Assembly: GCA_051294375.1 (NCBI GenBank)
Contig: CM119264.1
Span: 9,174,764-9,238,763, forward strand
Direction: 5' to 3'
Source of the DNA: Paraspadella gotoi
Lineage: Eukaryota; Animalia; Chaetognatha
Length of the DNA stretch: 64,000 nucleotides
A program made the position numbers and the translations under genes. Of the stretch, positions 41,689-52,530 are shown in pieces. The notes below the pieces were generated by a model. It was not told the DNA's origin and ran no database searches. It saw nothing but the letters and a program-made list of their open reading frames with translations. How positions within the stretch are numbered: the first letter of the stretch is position 1; every line of letters begins with the position of its first letter.

Positions 41689-41853
41689 AACAGGACCAAC
41701 GTATTGAGTGGAGAAACTGGCGAATCCAAACCTTCCCCAAGGTAAGATTGGGTGAGAGAATTCGAATTAAGTGAGTCACCCAATCCGCTCACACCCCTTT
41801 TCTCTCCCCCCAATTCTCCACCGCAACTGACGGAGCCAAGGACAACGAGACCC

Positions 41854-42826
41854 ATGAGCGGGCCCGACATCCGTTCTCGCCTCCGCTCTGCTCAACGCGA
41901 CGCCGTGGAACCCTCAAACGAGGTGGCAACACTCCAGCCGCCTTTAGGATTCAAACGGGGACGACGCTCACGATCAACATCGCCAATCTTCGCCGACGCA
42001 GCCCCCTCCTTCAACTTTCAGGCAGCCGAGTCGCGGAACTTCGAGGACGCCGTCATGGAAACCGACCGACCGACCGCTGGCGCCGCCACAAGGGACCTAC
42101 GCGACGAAAACGATGAGCTCAGAGCCGCCCTTGCCGCCGCCACCCGCGCACTAGAGCGAGCCTCTAATCGCAAACCCGACCTGCCGGATTTTGACTCCAG
42201 CAACATCGAGATTTGGATTAAGAGAGTCGAGGCCGCTTATACGCGCGCCGGCGTCACCAATCCAAAGAATAAGTTTGCACATCTTGAATCAAAGATCGGG
42301 ATCAACGTCAATCCCAAAATTAATCAATTTCTTTTCGGCGAGACGACGGAAGGAACCTGGGCCCAATTCCTCGCCTATCTGCGCAGAGAATATGGCCTCA
42401 CCCGGCGCCAACATCCGCGAACTTCCTATAGACATACGCCGCCAGCTGGAAGACAAGGCAGACGAGTTGACGGCCAGTGAACTCTGCCAGCTTGCCGACC
42501 ATCATTATGATATCGACGGTAATCTTAAGCTGCGCCAATCATCCTCCCTTGTTAGCAACGTCGACAGGACCCAACGAGATCAAGACGACTCTGACTCAGA
42601 ATTGGAAGAGGTCGTCAATGCCGTCGACAAAAACTCGCGTAGACCAACCAATAACAAGCGACGCCAACAAAACGCTCAGAAGGGAAAAAGTAAACCCAGG
42701 CTGACAACGCTTTGCGCCAAACATATCAAATTCGGCGACGAGGCGTGGTCTTGTGACCCTGGCTGCTCGAGATACGAGGAGACGAAAAAGAAAGAGGGAA
42801 ACTTCAAAGGGGGACGCCGCAGGTGA
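41854..42826 (+). pseudogene. gag: gag of the Gypsy element, disrupted by an apparent deletion and frameshift at ~42411
   Basis: ATG at 41854. Capsid-like LPDFDSSNIEIWIKRVEAAY...KFAHL...YLRREYGLTRRQ lies in one frame. IRELPIDIRRQL...ELCQLADH and the Cys/His motif LCAKHIKFGDEAWSCDPGC lie in another frame, ending TGA at 42826. Confidence 0.8.
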
Positions 42827-42857
42827 ACGCCGTCCCCCAGGAGTCAACCCGTTCACC
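42796..42857 (+). promoter_or_regulatory. -1 programmed ribosomal frameshift signal: slippery heptamer plus H-type pseudoknot
   Basis: G GGA AAC (42796-42802) is in the gag frame, followed by a 6-nt spacer. Stem 1 is GGGGGACG (42809-16)/CGTCCCCC (42831-38) and stem 2 is GGTGAACG (42822-29)/CGTTCACC (42850-57). Pol lies in the -1 frame, which is open from the heptamer. Confidence 0.9.
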
Positions 42858-45800
42858 GGTTTCCAATGACCTTCTATTCATTCGGGACGCCGGGGACAGG
42901 ACGAGGTGGCTGGTAGATGGCGGGGCACTTCTCTCAATCGTTCCTCCAACGCCGCAACAACGAAGCCGTGGACCAGATCCACAGATGAAGTTGCAGGCGG
43001 CAAATGGATCGCCAATCGAATGTTATGGAACGACAGAAAAAACAGTGCAATTGGGCAACAGAAAATTCAAATATCAGTTCGTCGTCGCGAACGTTAAGCA
43101 AAACATTCTCGGCGCCGACTTCTTGGCTGAGAATTATCTAGCGCCCAATCATCGAGATGGTCTCCTTTTCGATCTCAGAGACTACTCGACGATCGCAGCA
43201 TCAACATCAAAAGAAGCGTCAGCCCACGTCAATTTCGTCGATCGTAAAGGCGAAAAATTCTACAAGCTATTAGAATCCTTCCCCTCGTTATCAACGCCAA
43301 CTTTTGAGTTAAAAAATCCGAAACATGGCGTCACGCATGCAATTCCAACAGAAGGCCGCCCCTGCCAATCTCGAGCAAGAAGATTGGATCCGGAGAAACT
43401 CGCCGTGGCCAAAAGAGAGCTGGAGAGAATGGTTTCACTGGGGATAGCGAAAAGAGGCAAGTCAGAGTGGTCATCGCCACTCCACGTGGTGTCGAAACCT
43501 GACGGCGGTTGGAGATGTTGTGGTGATTATCGACGCCTGAATGCACAAACAATTGAAGACAGATATCCGGTTAAACTGTTAACCGATTTCAATGCACAAT
43601 TGGAAGGGAAAACAATTTTTTCGAAAATTGACTTGCTAAAAGGTTATCACCAGATCCCGGTGGAACCAAACGATGTCAAAAAGACGGCGGTTATCACCCC
43701 GTTCGGACTATATGTTTTTCCCCGCTGCCCGTTTGGCCTCAAGAACGCGGGCCAGGATTTTCAGAGACTAATGGACGAAATCCTGGGAGACATCCCGCAC
43801 ACCTTCGTATACCTGGACGATATCTTGGTAGCCTCATCATCTCCAGAAGAACATCTACAAGACTTAGAGCGAGTTTTCAAGGCATTGGATGCAAACGGTT
43901 TAGTCGTAAACACCAAAAAATGCCTACTTGGTCAGGAATCACTGGAGTTTCTGGGATTTCTAGTGGACAAGCATGGCGTACGCCCACTTCCCGAGAGAGT
44001 GAAGACCCTCAAAGAGACAACTCGCCCTACATCTATCAAGGAGCTTCAACGCTTCCTTGGTATGATAAATTACTACAGGAGGTTCATACCAAAGGTCGCA
44101 CATCGTTGTGCACCCCTCTATGAGGCACTAAGCGGAAAACCCAAGTCATTAGAATGGACAGAGGCATGCGAGGACGCATTTGAGGCCATAAAAGAAGGCT
44201 TGATCTCAGCGGCACTTCTGCACCACCCTCGAACAGGAGCTCAGCTGTGCATAACAACTGACGCGTCAGACCACGCCGTGGGAGCCGTCTTGGAACAGCG
44301 GGGCCCGAAAGGCTGGGAACCGCTGGCATTTTTTTCCGCCAAACTTGCAAAAAATCAGAAACTGTGGCCTCCCTTTGACCGAGAACTTTACGGAGCTTTT
44401 AGAGCCGTGAGGCACTTCCGACACTGGGTAGAAGGCCGAGCCTTCACGATTTACACGGACCACCAGAGCTTAGTCTCAGCAATCCGTAAGAAATCGGAAC
44501 CACAAACTTGCCGACAATCGTACCAACTGTCTGTGATCGCAGAATTTACCACGGACATTCGTTATCTTAAGGGCAAGGCAAACGTGGTGGCCGATGCGTT
44601 GTCTCGCCCCAACACCACGTCAACAACAATGCCGCGAAATGACAACGCTGAGAAAAAGGAGACCAAAACTGCAACAACCTCAACAGCATCCGCAAAGGCC
44701 ACAGCAACTCCTCCAACAACCGCTACAACAATCAACTCGTCAGTAACTGCAACAACAGCCGCAGCACCCGAGCAGCAAGTCGATGAGAAATTGGAACAAA
44801 GGATCAAACCCAACAGACTGGAGGACGTCAACGCTGTCATCGCATCTCTAACCAATTTTGAGATAGATTTCGAACAGATGGCACGAGAACAGGCGCTAGA
44901 TCCTGACTTTCAGAAAATCGCAGAGGATGCCAGGTCTGGACTAACTTTCCGGAAAATACAAGTAGGCAATCAGGAACTGTTGGCGGACATTTCGAATGGC
45001 CCAGCAAGACCATTCGTCCCAGCATCTTGGCGCCGAAAGATTTTCAACATAATTCATGGACTCGGCCATCCGGGGGTTGAAGCAACTCGGAAGGCCGTTG
45101 CAGCAAAATTCGTCTGGACTAGTATGCGCCAGGACGTAACCAAATGGGCACGTGATTGTTTGGACTGCCAAAGGGCAAAGATTACCCGACACGTTGTACC
45201 CGAGTTTGGAGAATTCAAGGTGCCACCTCGTCGGTTCCAACATATAAATCTCGACCTCGTTAAAATGCCCAAATCAAATGGTTTTTCCCACCTCCTAACA
45301 ATCGTCGACCGTTTTTCACGATGGCCTGCAGCCATTCCGATCAAAGACACACTTACGCCCACCATCCTCGACGCCATGAGTCTCGAGTGGATCAGCATCT
45401 TTGGGACGCCTTCGGTAATAACAACCGACAGAGGAAGCCAATTTACATCGACTTTATGGCGTCAACTGATGAATCAATGGGGCATAAAACACCAAACCAC
45501 GACGGCGTATCACCCGCAGTCCAACGGCATGGTGGAAAGGTTCCACCGACGACTGAAGGAATCTCTCATGGCGCTGGCGAAGGACGAGAGAGAATCATGG
45601 TTCTGGAAACTTCCTCTGACATTATTAGCAATCAGAACAACGGTTAAGGAGGACGTCGGAGCCTCTGCAGCCGACTTAGTATTCGGTGAAGGTGTCAGCG
45701 TTCCAGGAAGCATGCTCGGCGACGCCCAGGCCGACAACAACTCGCTGAACCAACTACGCCGAAACGAACTTGCAAAGCTTCGCCTAGAAGTCGCTCGACT

Positions 45801-46554
45801 CCAACCAACGCCCACATCCGCTCACCAGCGACCGGCAGTTCATCTCCCCGCTTGTTTAGACTCCGCTCAATACGTTTTCATTCGACGAGGAGGCGTGCAA
45901 CCCTCCTTGGTGCCCCCATACGAGGGCCCCTATCGCGTCGTACACCGAAACGGCCTAAACATGACCATCGACATACCAAGTAAAGGGAGAGAAACAGTGA
46001 ACATTGCTCGAGTCAAACCAGCATGGGTGAGTGACGATGAGCGGGAGGCCGACAACTCGGAAACTCACCCAAAAAGGCGACCAGGACGCCGCCCAGGCGG
46101 CAGCACGAGGCAGCCGACGATAACGACCCGAATAACGCGATCGGCAAATCAGCGCGCCGCTCCTCCTCCTCTTCCTCCTACTCCTCCCCCTCCTCTTCCT
46201 CCCCCCTCATCCTTACCTTCCAACAATCAACCCCACACTTCCCCCAACCTTCCCCCATCACCTCCACCTTTTTTCCCCCATACTTCCCGTTCTCCCAGCC
46301 CTCCACGTCCAACAAATCCTTCTCCAGTCGAGAAAAACAACAACAACAACAACAACCTCGAAAATAAACCAAATGAGCCAACACGTGAAAACTTTTCGAG
46401 GCCGATAACTCGAAACTTCTCGAAACTTCTCGAAACTACCCGACAACAAAATAACAACAACAACAACAACGACAAACGCCCAACCTACGCAATCGTACTG
46501 AAGGAGATGTTACGAAGACAGAAAATCCAGAACGAGAACGGCCCTTGTATATAA
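42823..46554 (+). CDS. pol: Pol polyprotein (aspartic protease, reverse transcriptase, RNase H, integrase), translated as a Gag-Pol fusion from ~42796
   Basis: 1243-aa ORF: PR (WLVDGGA...ILGADFL), RT (DYRRLN, PFGLKNA, YLDD at 43810), RNase H (TDAS, DRELYG, YTDH, ADALSR), integrase HHCC (HGLGH...CLDC), D,D35E (INLDLV, TDRGSQF, GMVERFH) and GPY/F (PYEGPYRV). No env or chromodomain. Confidence 0.97.
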   Translation: MNAVPQESTRSPVSNDLLFIRDAGDRTRWLVDGGALLSIVPPTPQQRSRGPDPQMKLQAANGSPIECYGTTEKTVQLGNRKFKYQFVVANVKQNILGADFLAENYLAPNHRDGLLFDLRDYSTIAASTSKEASAHVNFVDRKGEKFYKLLESFPSLSTPTFELKNPKHGVTHAIPTEGRPCQSRARRLDPEKLAVAKRELERMVSLGIAKRGKSEWSSPLHVVSKPDGGWRCCGDYRRLNAQTIEDRYPVKLLTDFNAQLEGKTIFSKIDLLKGYHQIPVEPNDVKKTAVITPFGLYVFPRCPFGLKNAGQDFQRLMDEILGDIPHTFVYLDDILVASSSPEEHLQDLERVFKALDANGLVVNTKKCLLGQESLEFLGFLVDKHGVRPLPERVKTLKETTRPTSIKELQRFLGMINYYRRFIPKVAHRCAPLYEALSGKPKSLEWTEACEDAFEAIKEGLISAALLHHPRTGAQLCITTDASDHAVGAVLEQRGPKGWEPLAFFSAKLAKNQKLWPPFDRELYGAFRAVRHFRHWVEGRAFTIYTDHQSLVSAIRKKSEPQTCRQSYQLSVIAEFTTDIRYLKGKANVVADALSRPNTTSTTMPRNDNAEKKETKTATTSTASAKATATPPTTATTINSSVTATTAAAPEQQVDEKLEQRIKPNRLEDVNAVIASLTNFEIDFEQMAREQALDPDFQKIAEDARSGLTFRKIQVGNQELLADISNGPARPFVPASWRRKIFNIIHGLGHPGVEATRKAVAAKFVWTSMRQDVTKWARDCLDCQRAKITRHVVPEFGEFKVPPRRFQHINLDLVKMPKSNGFSHLLTIVDRFSRWPAAIPIKDTLTPTILDAMSLEWISIFGTPSVITTDRGSQFTSTLWRQLMNQWGIKHQTTTAYHPQSNGMVERFHRRLKESLMALAKDERESWFWKLPLTLLAIRTTVKEDVGASAADLVFGEGVSVPGSMLGDAQADNNSLNQLRRNELAKLRLEVARLQPTPTSAHQRPAVHLPACLDSAQYVFIRRGGVQPSLVPPYEGPYRVVHRNGLNMTIDIPSKGRETVNIARVKPAWVSDDEREADNSETHPKRRPGRRPGGSTRQPTITTRITRSANQRAAPPPLPPTPPPPLPPPSSLPSNNQPHTSPNLPPSPPPFFPHTSRSPSPPRPTNPSPVEKNNNNNNNLENKPNEPTRENFSRPITRNFSKLLETTRQQNNNNNNNDKRPTYAIVLKEMLRRQKIQNENGPCI

Positions 46555-46752
46555 TTGTTATATTATTTAAACCCGTCATTTTCAAATTTTAAAGATTATT
46601 TTTTTTTTCTTTTCGTTGTTCTTTATTGATTTATTACTGTTAAGCATCTCATCTTTATATACTCGTATATATTAACCTATTATTTATTTTACAATACACT
46701 TACTCAGTGACGACAAACTACATATTAATATAAAAACCCCATATATATTAAC

Positions 46753-46761
46753 AGGGGGGCA
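46753..46761 (+). other. Polypurine tract
   Basis: AGGGGGGCA immediately precedes the 3' LTR start TGCGGCC at 46762. Confidence 0.85.
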
Positions 46762-48313
46762 TGCGGCCACTTGAGCNNNNNNNNNNGGTTTTTTGTTTTT
46801 TTCATTTAAACTATTTCCATTCGAACGATTCTTACAATCTTACAAATCTTACAATTTTTCATAGTAAAAATTTCACTAGTTATTTGTTAACAAAAAAGAT
46901 TGTTTAAAATTATTTTACCAATGAATTACATGTCTAAAGAGAGTATTTTTATAAATAATAACAAATATAAAATTTCTAAAGGAAGGAAGCGATGTGCACT
47001 CGAAACCGAAAGCGATCCGGGCTGAAAAAGTAAGGATTGCACCCGAAAACGGGAGCGGGAGGGGTCTTGGAAGCGCCGGATTGGCAGCGGCGGAAAAATC
47101 GATCGCTTCCACATCTCTGCTTCAAAGGGGGACGCCGCAGGTGAACGCCGTCCCCCAGGAGTCAACCCGTTCACCGGTTTCCAATGACCGGGCCGTGCCA
47201 CAGTAATAACATTTGAAATAAATTTGTTATTTAGTTGTTTGCCAGAAGTTAATTAGAATATTTAGATAACAATTATTTCATAAAAGTTGGTAATTTAAAG
47301 GTTAGTTAGATAGTATAGATTACTTTTAACTAGTTTAGCATAAGATATAGTCATTATTTATCATAGTTGATCTAAAACTTCCAATTTTTGTAATTTTAGT
47401 TTTGTTCGACCTAATTTGCATATTACAGTAGATTTATTCGGATGGCGCAAAGAATAGGGTAATTTCATTGGGCTGAATGGCGCTTAAAAATCTTGTAATT
47501 ATACTACTACGTCATTTAAAAACGTCCCCACTGAGATTATAAATAAAATAGTTTTATTTTGGGTATTGCTCCTCCCCCTACTGCAATGGTTAAAAATTTT
47601 TCATTCGCCTCGTTTACGAATTACTCTTTCATTTCCCATGTCGCCATTAAGCCCTTATTCCTAACATTGCAAGATCGCCACTACATCGTTTGCTTCGTAT
47701 TTAACCCGGCGTTACCGTGGCTTTACCCCGAAGTTAACCCGGCGACCAATAACTGTCGACCTCGCTTTTTTTTCGCGTCCTCCCGCTGGGTCAAAAACCG
47801 CAGGAGTGCTGTTCACCCTCTTTTCAATTGCTTCTTCTGATTTTCTTTTCTCGGCTCCGACTTTTTCTTTTATCCTTTTGTGACCTTCCTTTCAACGAAA
47901 GAGTTAGCTTTTTAACTTTAGTTTAGATTATTCAGAAGTTAAATAAAAAATCGGTCGTATAAATCGTGAAAATCTCGAAAAATTCACGGGAAGATATTCA
48001 ATATGTACGTGTTGATAGAATTTTGGTTATCAGTTGATGTCACAATTTACATAAAGTATTTTTCTCAAATGAAAATAATTTAGAAAGTCTATATGCATTA
48101 CATAGTTAAGTCAGATAATAATGGAGGTCGTAGAGCTACCCCGTGAGCCAAATCAACTGATACAAAATAAACCTCTACCATACTTTACTGGTGTTCAAAT
48201 TTGACTCCATCCTTACAATCAGTCAATAAATAAAGAAGGCTTATTACCAATATGTTATATTATACATGCCAAATCGAGACCCCGAAAAAGGATCATCATT
48301 AAACTGTTTATAT

Positions 48314-48661
48314 CTAACTGTTGCATAGATATCCTGTGACGAAAAATCTTTCTGTATTTGTCAGAACTAAAACCGTCGACGAGATTGTACCATCGACGAA
48401 AGCCAAGACTCGAGTGTTATTTTCTTCTCGCGAACGAGACGCCTCCCTGTCAGACATCTCCTTTCCTCTCATGTTTGCATAATTAATCGCGGAATTGTCT
48501 CCGACATTTCGATTCCCGTCAAATATTTTTCCTCCGTCACTGACTTCTCCATTCATCGTTTTGTCGTCGTCGTCATCGCTGTCGTCGGCGTCTCGCTCTG
48601 CGTCTTGCTCTGCCGATATTGTAATTGTAATTTGTGATGCAGTTTTTTGAATTGGCAACAT
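48314..48661 (-). CDS. Possible coding exon, unknown product
   Basis: 115-codon non-repetitive ORF with higher GC than its flanks and protein-like composition. No recognisable domain. Confidence 0.25.
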   Translation of the reverse strand: MLPIQKTASQITITISAEQDAERDADDSDDDDDKTMNGEVSDGGKIFDGNRNVGDNSAINYANMRGKEMSDREASRSREENNTRVLAFVDGTISSTVLVLTNTERFFVTGYLCNS

Positions 48662-49564
48662 TTTTATTTAAAGGGTCAATTATATAAAAAGTTAATGACT
48701 TTTTTTGTTGAAAACCACATTTTCTTTTAAAATTCTATCCTCATCACTTGTGAGTCACATGGTATTGTGATCTTTGTTTTCATTGCTAAGTGTTACACAA
48801 GTAATTTCCTCTCAGCTCTACGCTTCGTTGTTTCCTCAGCCGTTCTACAACATCGTCGGCTTTGAAGTATTTTGGTCTTTTTTTTTTATTCAATTTCCTT
48901 AAAAAAATCACTTCTTTGAAATTGAATATTTTTTTCTGTCTTTTTCAGACTTTTGTGAAAACGCAACTTTTATTTCGAAAATTCTGTATCTTTATCTTTT
49001 TTTTGTCAAGGAAAAAAAAACTCAGCTAAAAATAAACATGACGTTTCTTTTCCGAGTTTTTCGGTCGACTGCCTCGCGGATCAGCGTAACGAGTCGCTTT
49101 AGGTTTTCCAGCGGAAAATCATGACGACGACGAAGAAAAAAAAAGAGCAACTTCCGCAGCAGACGCAGCAGACGTTTGCGGCGTCCGTAGCATTTGCGAC
49201 AACTAGCGCCGTCTCCCCTCCCTTCTGGGTCTCACCAACTTTCGAGAAAGAGAGGGAGAGAGAGCAGAAAAAAGTAAATAAAAACATCGTAAAAAACATC
49301 ATTAACTCGGACGACCACTAGGATCGCTGATGGTCGTTGTCGTCGTCGTCCTCATCGGCGTCGCAATAATCTTCTTCATCATCTTCGACGCCGAAGTCTC
49401 GATTCTCAAAACGACAAAAAAAAAAGAGAAAGAAAAACCAAAAGTTGGACTTGTTTATGGTTTATATTTTTCCCTCCCGGGTGTTTTGGTGTTTCGCCAG
49501 TTGTTTAGGTTCGTGTGTGCGTATGCGATACGTAATTGTGAACTGTGGAAGTGTGAGTGTTGTC

Positions 49565-49595
<31 letters not shown>

Positions 49596-51619
49596 AGAGA
49601 GAGATGAGAGAGAGAGGAGAGAGAGAGAGAGACGAGAGAGAGAGAGAGAAGAGAGAAGATGAGAGAGAGAGAGAGTAATTATTCTGCGGGGCGTAAACAA
49701 ACACTAAACTTATGGGTGAAGCGAATTTGGGAGCTTGAATATTTAATGCGCGAACCTGAAGGGAAGGGAGGAGGACGAAGGGAGGAAGGGAAAGGAAAAG
49801 GGAGATTAAGAGAGATTAGTGATGAAGAGAGGAAGGAGGAATGATATACGAGATAGAGGGGAACAACTCTTGGATATGAGTTAAACAAGAAAATTAGTAT
49901 TGATGTAGTAGATGTTACGAAGGGACGAACAGCAAGAACTTTTAAAACCGTAAACTTAAAGCGGAAAAAGCAAATTAGGAGAATTCAACACCATTAAAAG
50001 CGGATTGAAATATAAATAAGATCATCGTTAGGTAAGAAGGCCACGATTTTTTGGCTCATGAGAAAGAAAATCGAATTAGAATTTGGGGAATGAAAAGGAT
50101 CGTGATAAATGGTAAAAAGATGAGCGCACATGACTAAAAATAAATCAGATTTTCCTGTTGTATAAATTTTGCGCTCTCTATATTTAAAAGTTAAAAATGC
50201 TTATTATGTATGTATATTTAATACCAATAGTATTGGAAGCACCCGTGACGAACGTGAGAAGAATCAGTGCACAAATTCTGAACAAAAACTTTGGAAAATC
50301 AATCAGAATAAAAAAGTAAAAATAAATTTGGGCCGAAGAGAATCAATTTGATTTTTTCCTCCGCAATTCTTAAAGGGAAACACTTAGAAATTAAAATATA
50401 GAGTCGGTTTAATGCGTTTTATTTCGAATTCAACAAGGTTGATTCAGNNNNNNNNNNNNNNNNNNNNNNNNNGAGAGAGTCACCCCGCCCCCCGATCCTC
50501 CTATATATGTATTGCAGCGTTCAAAATCTCCTTCCCGTCGCGACTTCCAGCAGAGACCTCAACCACCAACGAGGGATGTTTTTTTTTTTTCGCGCGACTT
50601 ACGATTGATTCTTTCTTCTCCCCAGATTTGGTTAAGGCGAAGCACGAACGACCCAGTTATTCCTTACGTGCTTTCCCACCTTTTTCTCCTCCTCTTCCTC
50701 CTCCTTTTCTCTTTTCCTCCTCAAATCTGATCGTTCTCCCTTTTCCTTGTTAAACAAGTTCCTTAGCCATGCCTTCCTTGCCTCAAAATTTCTGATTTGT
50801 TGATGGTGTTCCAATATTAAATTTTTAGTTGCGCCGCGAGTACTCGCGGATCAACTCTTTCACTTTTCGGTGGTCGGGTCGGTCGGGTCGGTCGGTCCGC
50901 CGGTCTTTCGGTCTGTCTGTCCGTCGGTCTGTCCCACTTACGTTAAAAATGCATATAATTTGCCTATATGTTGGTTGCTCATTCTGATTGTTAGCATTAG
51001 GTATAATTGGGATTCTTAAAACTATAAAGAACAAAAAGATGGAATTTTGAAGCAACGCATGTCAGAAATACGCACAGAATGAAATATACGTTAAAATAAA
51101 GTCAACAATACAATTGACCCCGCACCCTTCAGAGGTCTTACCCCCACCCCCCACCACCCTTCATTACCCCTTTCTCTGCGCCCACATCCGCATCTCTCTC
51201 CCCCTCCAGACCCCCTTCCCCTTAAATCGTTTTCCCTTCTAAACTTTCAACTTCGCTGGACGAAATGAAGAAAAAACGTTTTATTGATTCCTGCGTCGTA
51301 ATCGTGGCCGGGGTCCTCGCGAGGTGGGGGCCGGGAATTGGTCCAATCGCCCCAAGGTGGTCTTGAAAAGGGCAGCGAGGCCGTTCCCTAGGGGTTGAGG
51401 GAGGGGAGGGTCGTGCCGAATACGACCCTGGGGAAAGAGGGGGGCGGCCGAAGAGAGGGGCAGAGCCGGGACCTGCGGATAAGCCTTCTTTTTTTTTTTT
51501 TTTTTTTTTGCGGTAACATTTTTTTTTTCTATGGAGTTTTTGGAGAGAGAAAAATCTATTTTTTGAAAAAGGAAATGACTGGAAATCTGGAAAAATTTGG
51601 GAAGAGAGTGAGGTACTTG

Positions 51620-51641
51620 AGAAGAGAGAGAGAGAAGAGAG

Positions 51642-51684
<43 letters not shown>

Positions 51685-52207
51685 AGAAAGAAAGAAAGAA
51701 GGAAAGAAAGAAGAAGAAAGAAAAGAAAAGAAAGAAAAGAAAGAAAGAAGAGAAGAGAAAGAAAGAGAGAACCAGGATAAATTTAATGGGTTTTCCTTTT
51801 TTTTGAAGATTTTTAACGTTTTCAATTGAAATTCTTTCCGTGTCGGACACAATGACTCGGATTTAATGGAACGAACGAGCGGTGAAAACGTGAGAGCGAA
51901 GAACGAGCTGGGAGAACAGTTAGGAAACAAATTGAACAAGCGAAAATTATAAAAAAAAAAACATTGAAAGACTAGAATCTATTTATTGATATTGTTTGGA
52001 TTATATCGTCTATAAATTTATTTTATTTCAACAATTAATTGTAGTTCCATAAATCATTCTCCCGCCAAGAACGAACTTCTCACATCTTTTTCATTTCCGA
52101 CGTTTACTTTTGAATTCACGTCTTCGGCCTGAGACTTCGTATGATGAAAGACCGAGAACATCACGGAAGAAAAGTGAGACGAGAGAGAGAGAGAGAGAAG
52201 AGAGAAG

Positions 52208-52244
<37 letters not shown>

Positions 52245-52530
52245 AGAAAAAGAAAGAAAGAAAGAAAGAAAGAAAGGAAGAAAGAAAGAAGAAAGAGTAG
52301 AAAGAAGGTTGAAAAAAAGAAAGAAGAAAGAAAGAAAAAAAAGAAAGAGAGAAGAAAGAAAAAAAGAAAGAAAGAGAAGAAGTTAGAAAAGAAAGAAAGA
52401 AAGAAAGAAAGAAGAAGAAGAAAGAAAGACGAACTAAAAAAATAAAGAGAGAAAGAAAGAAAGAATGAAAGAAAGAAAGAATGAAGAAAGAAAGAAAGAA
52501 AAAGAAAAGAAAGAAAGAGAGAAAGAGAGA
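51620..52530. repeat. Two purine-only (AAAG/AG/AAG)n compound microsatellite blocks (51620-51770 and 52180-52530)
   Basis: Directly visible. Confidence 0.9.

Larger units (their letters stand above)
41086..47202 (+). mobile_element. Ty3/Gypsy LTR retrotransposon, near full length; 3' LTR gapped/scrambled
   Basis: TG...CA termini (TGCGGC...GCCACA), GTAA on both flanks (41082-41085 and 47203-47206), PBS, gag, pol in PR-RT-RH-IN order, and a PPT. The LTR start is repeated at 46762 and the LTR end at 47188-47202. Confidence 0.95.

Noticed and set aside
41086-41690. Tf1-like self-priming, or an LTR-encoded primer complementary to the PBS
   Set aside because: No sequence complementary to TGGTGAGACCCACGCG was found by eye in the LTR on either strand.
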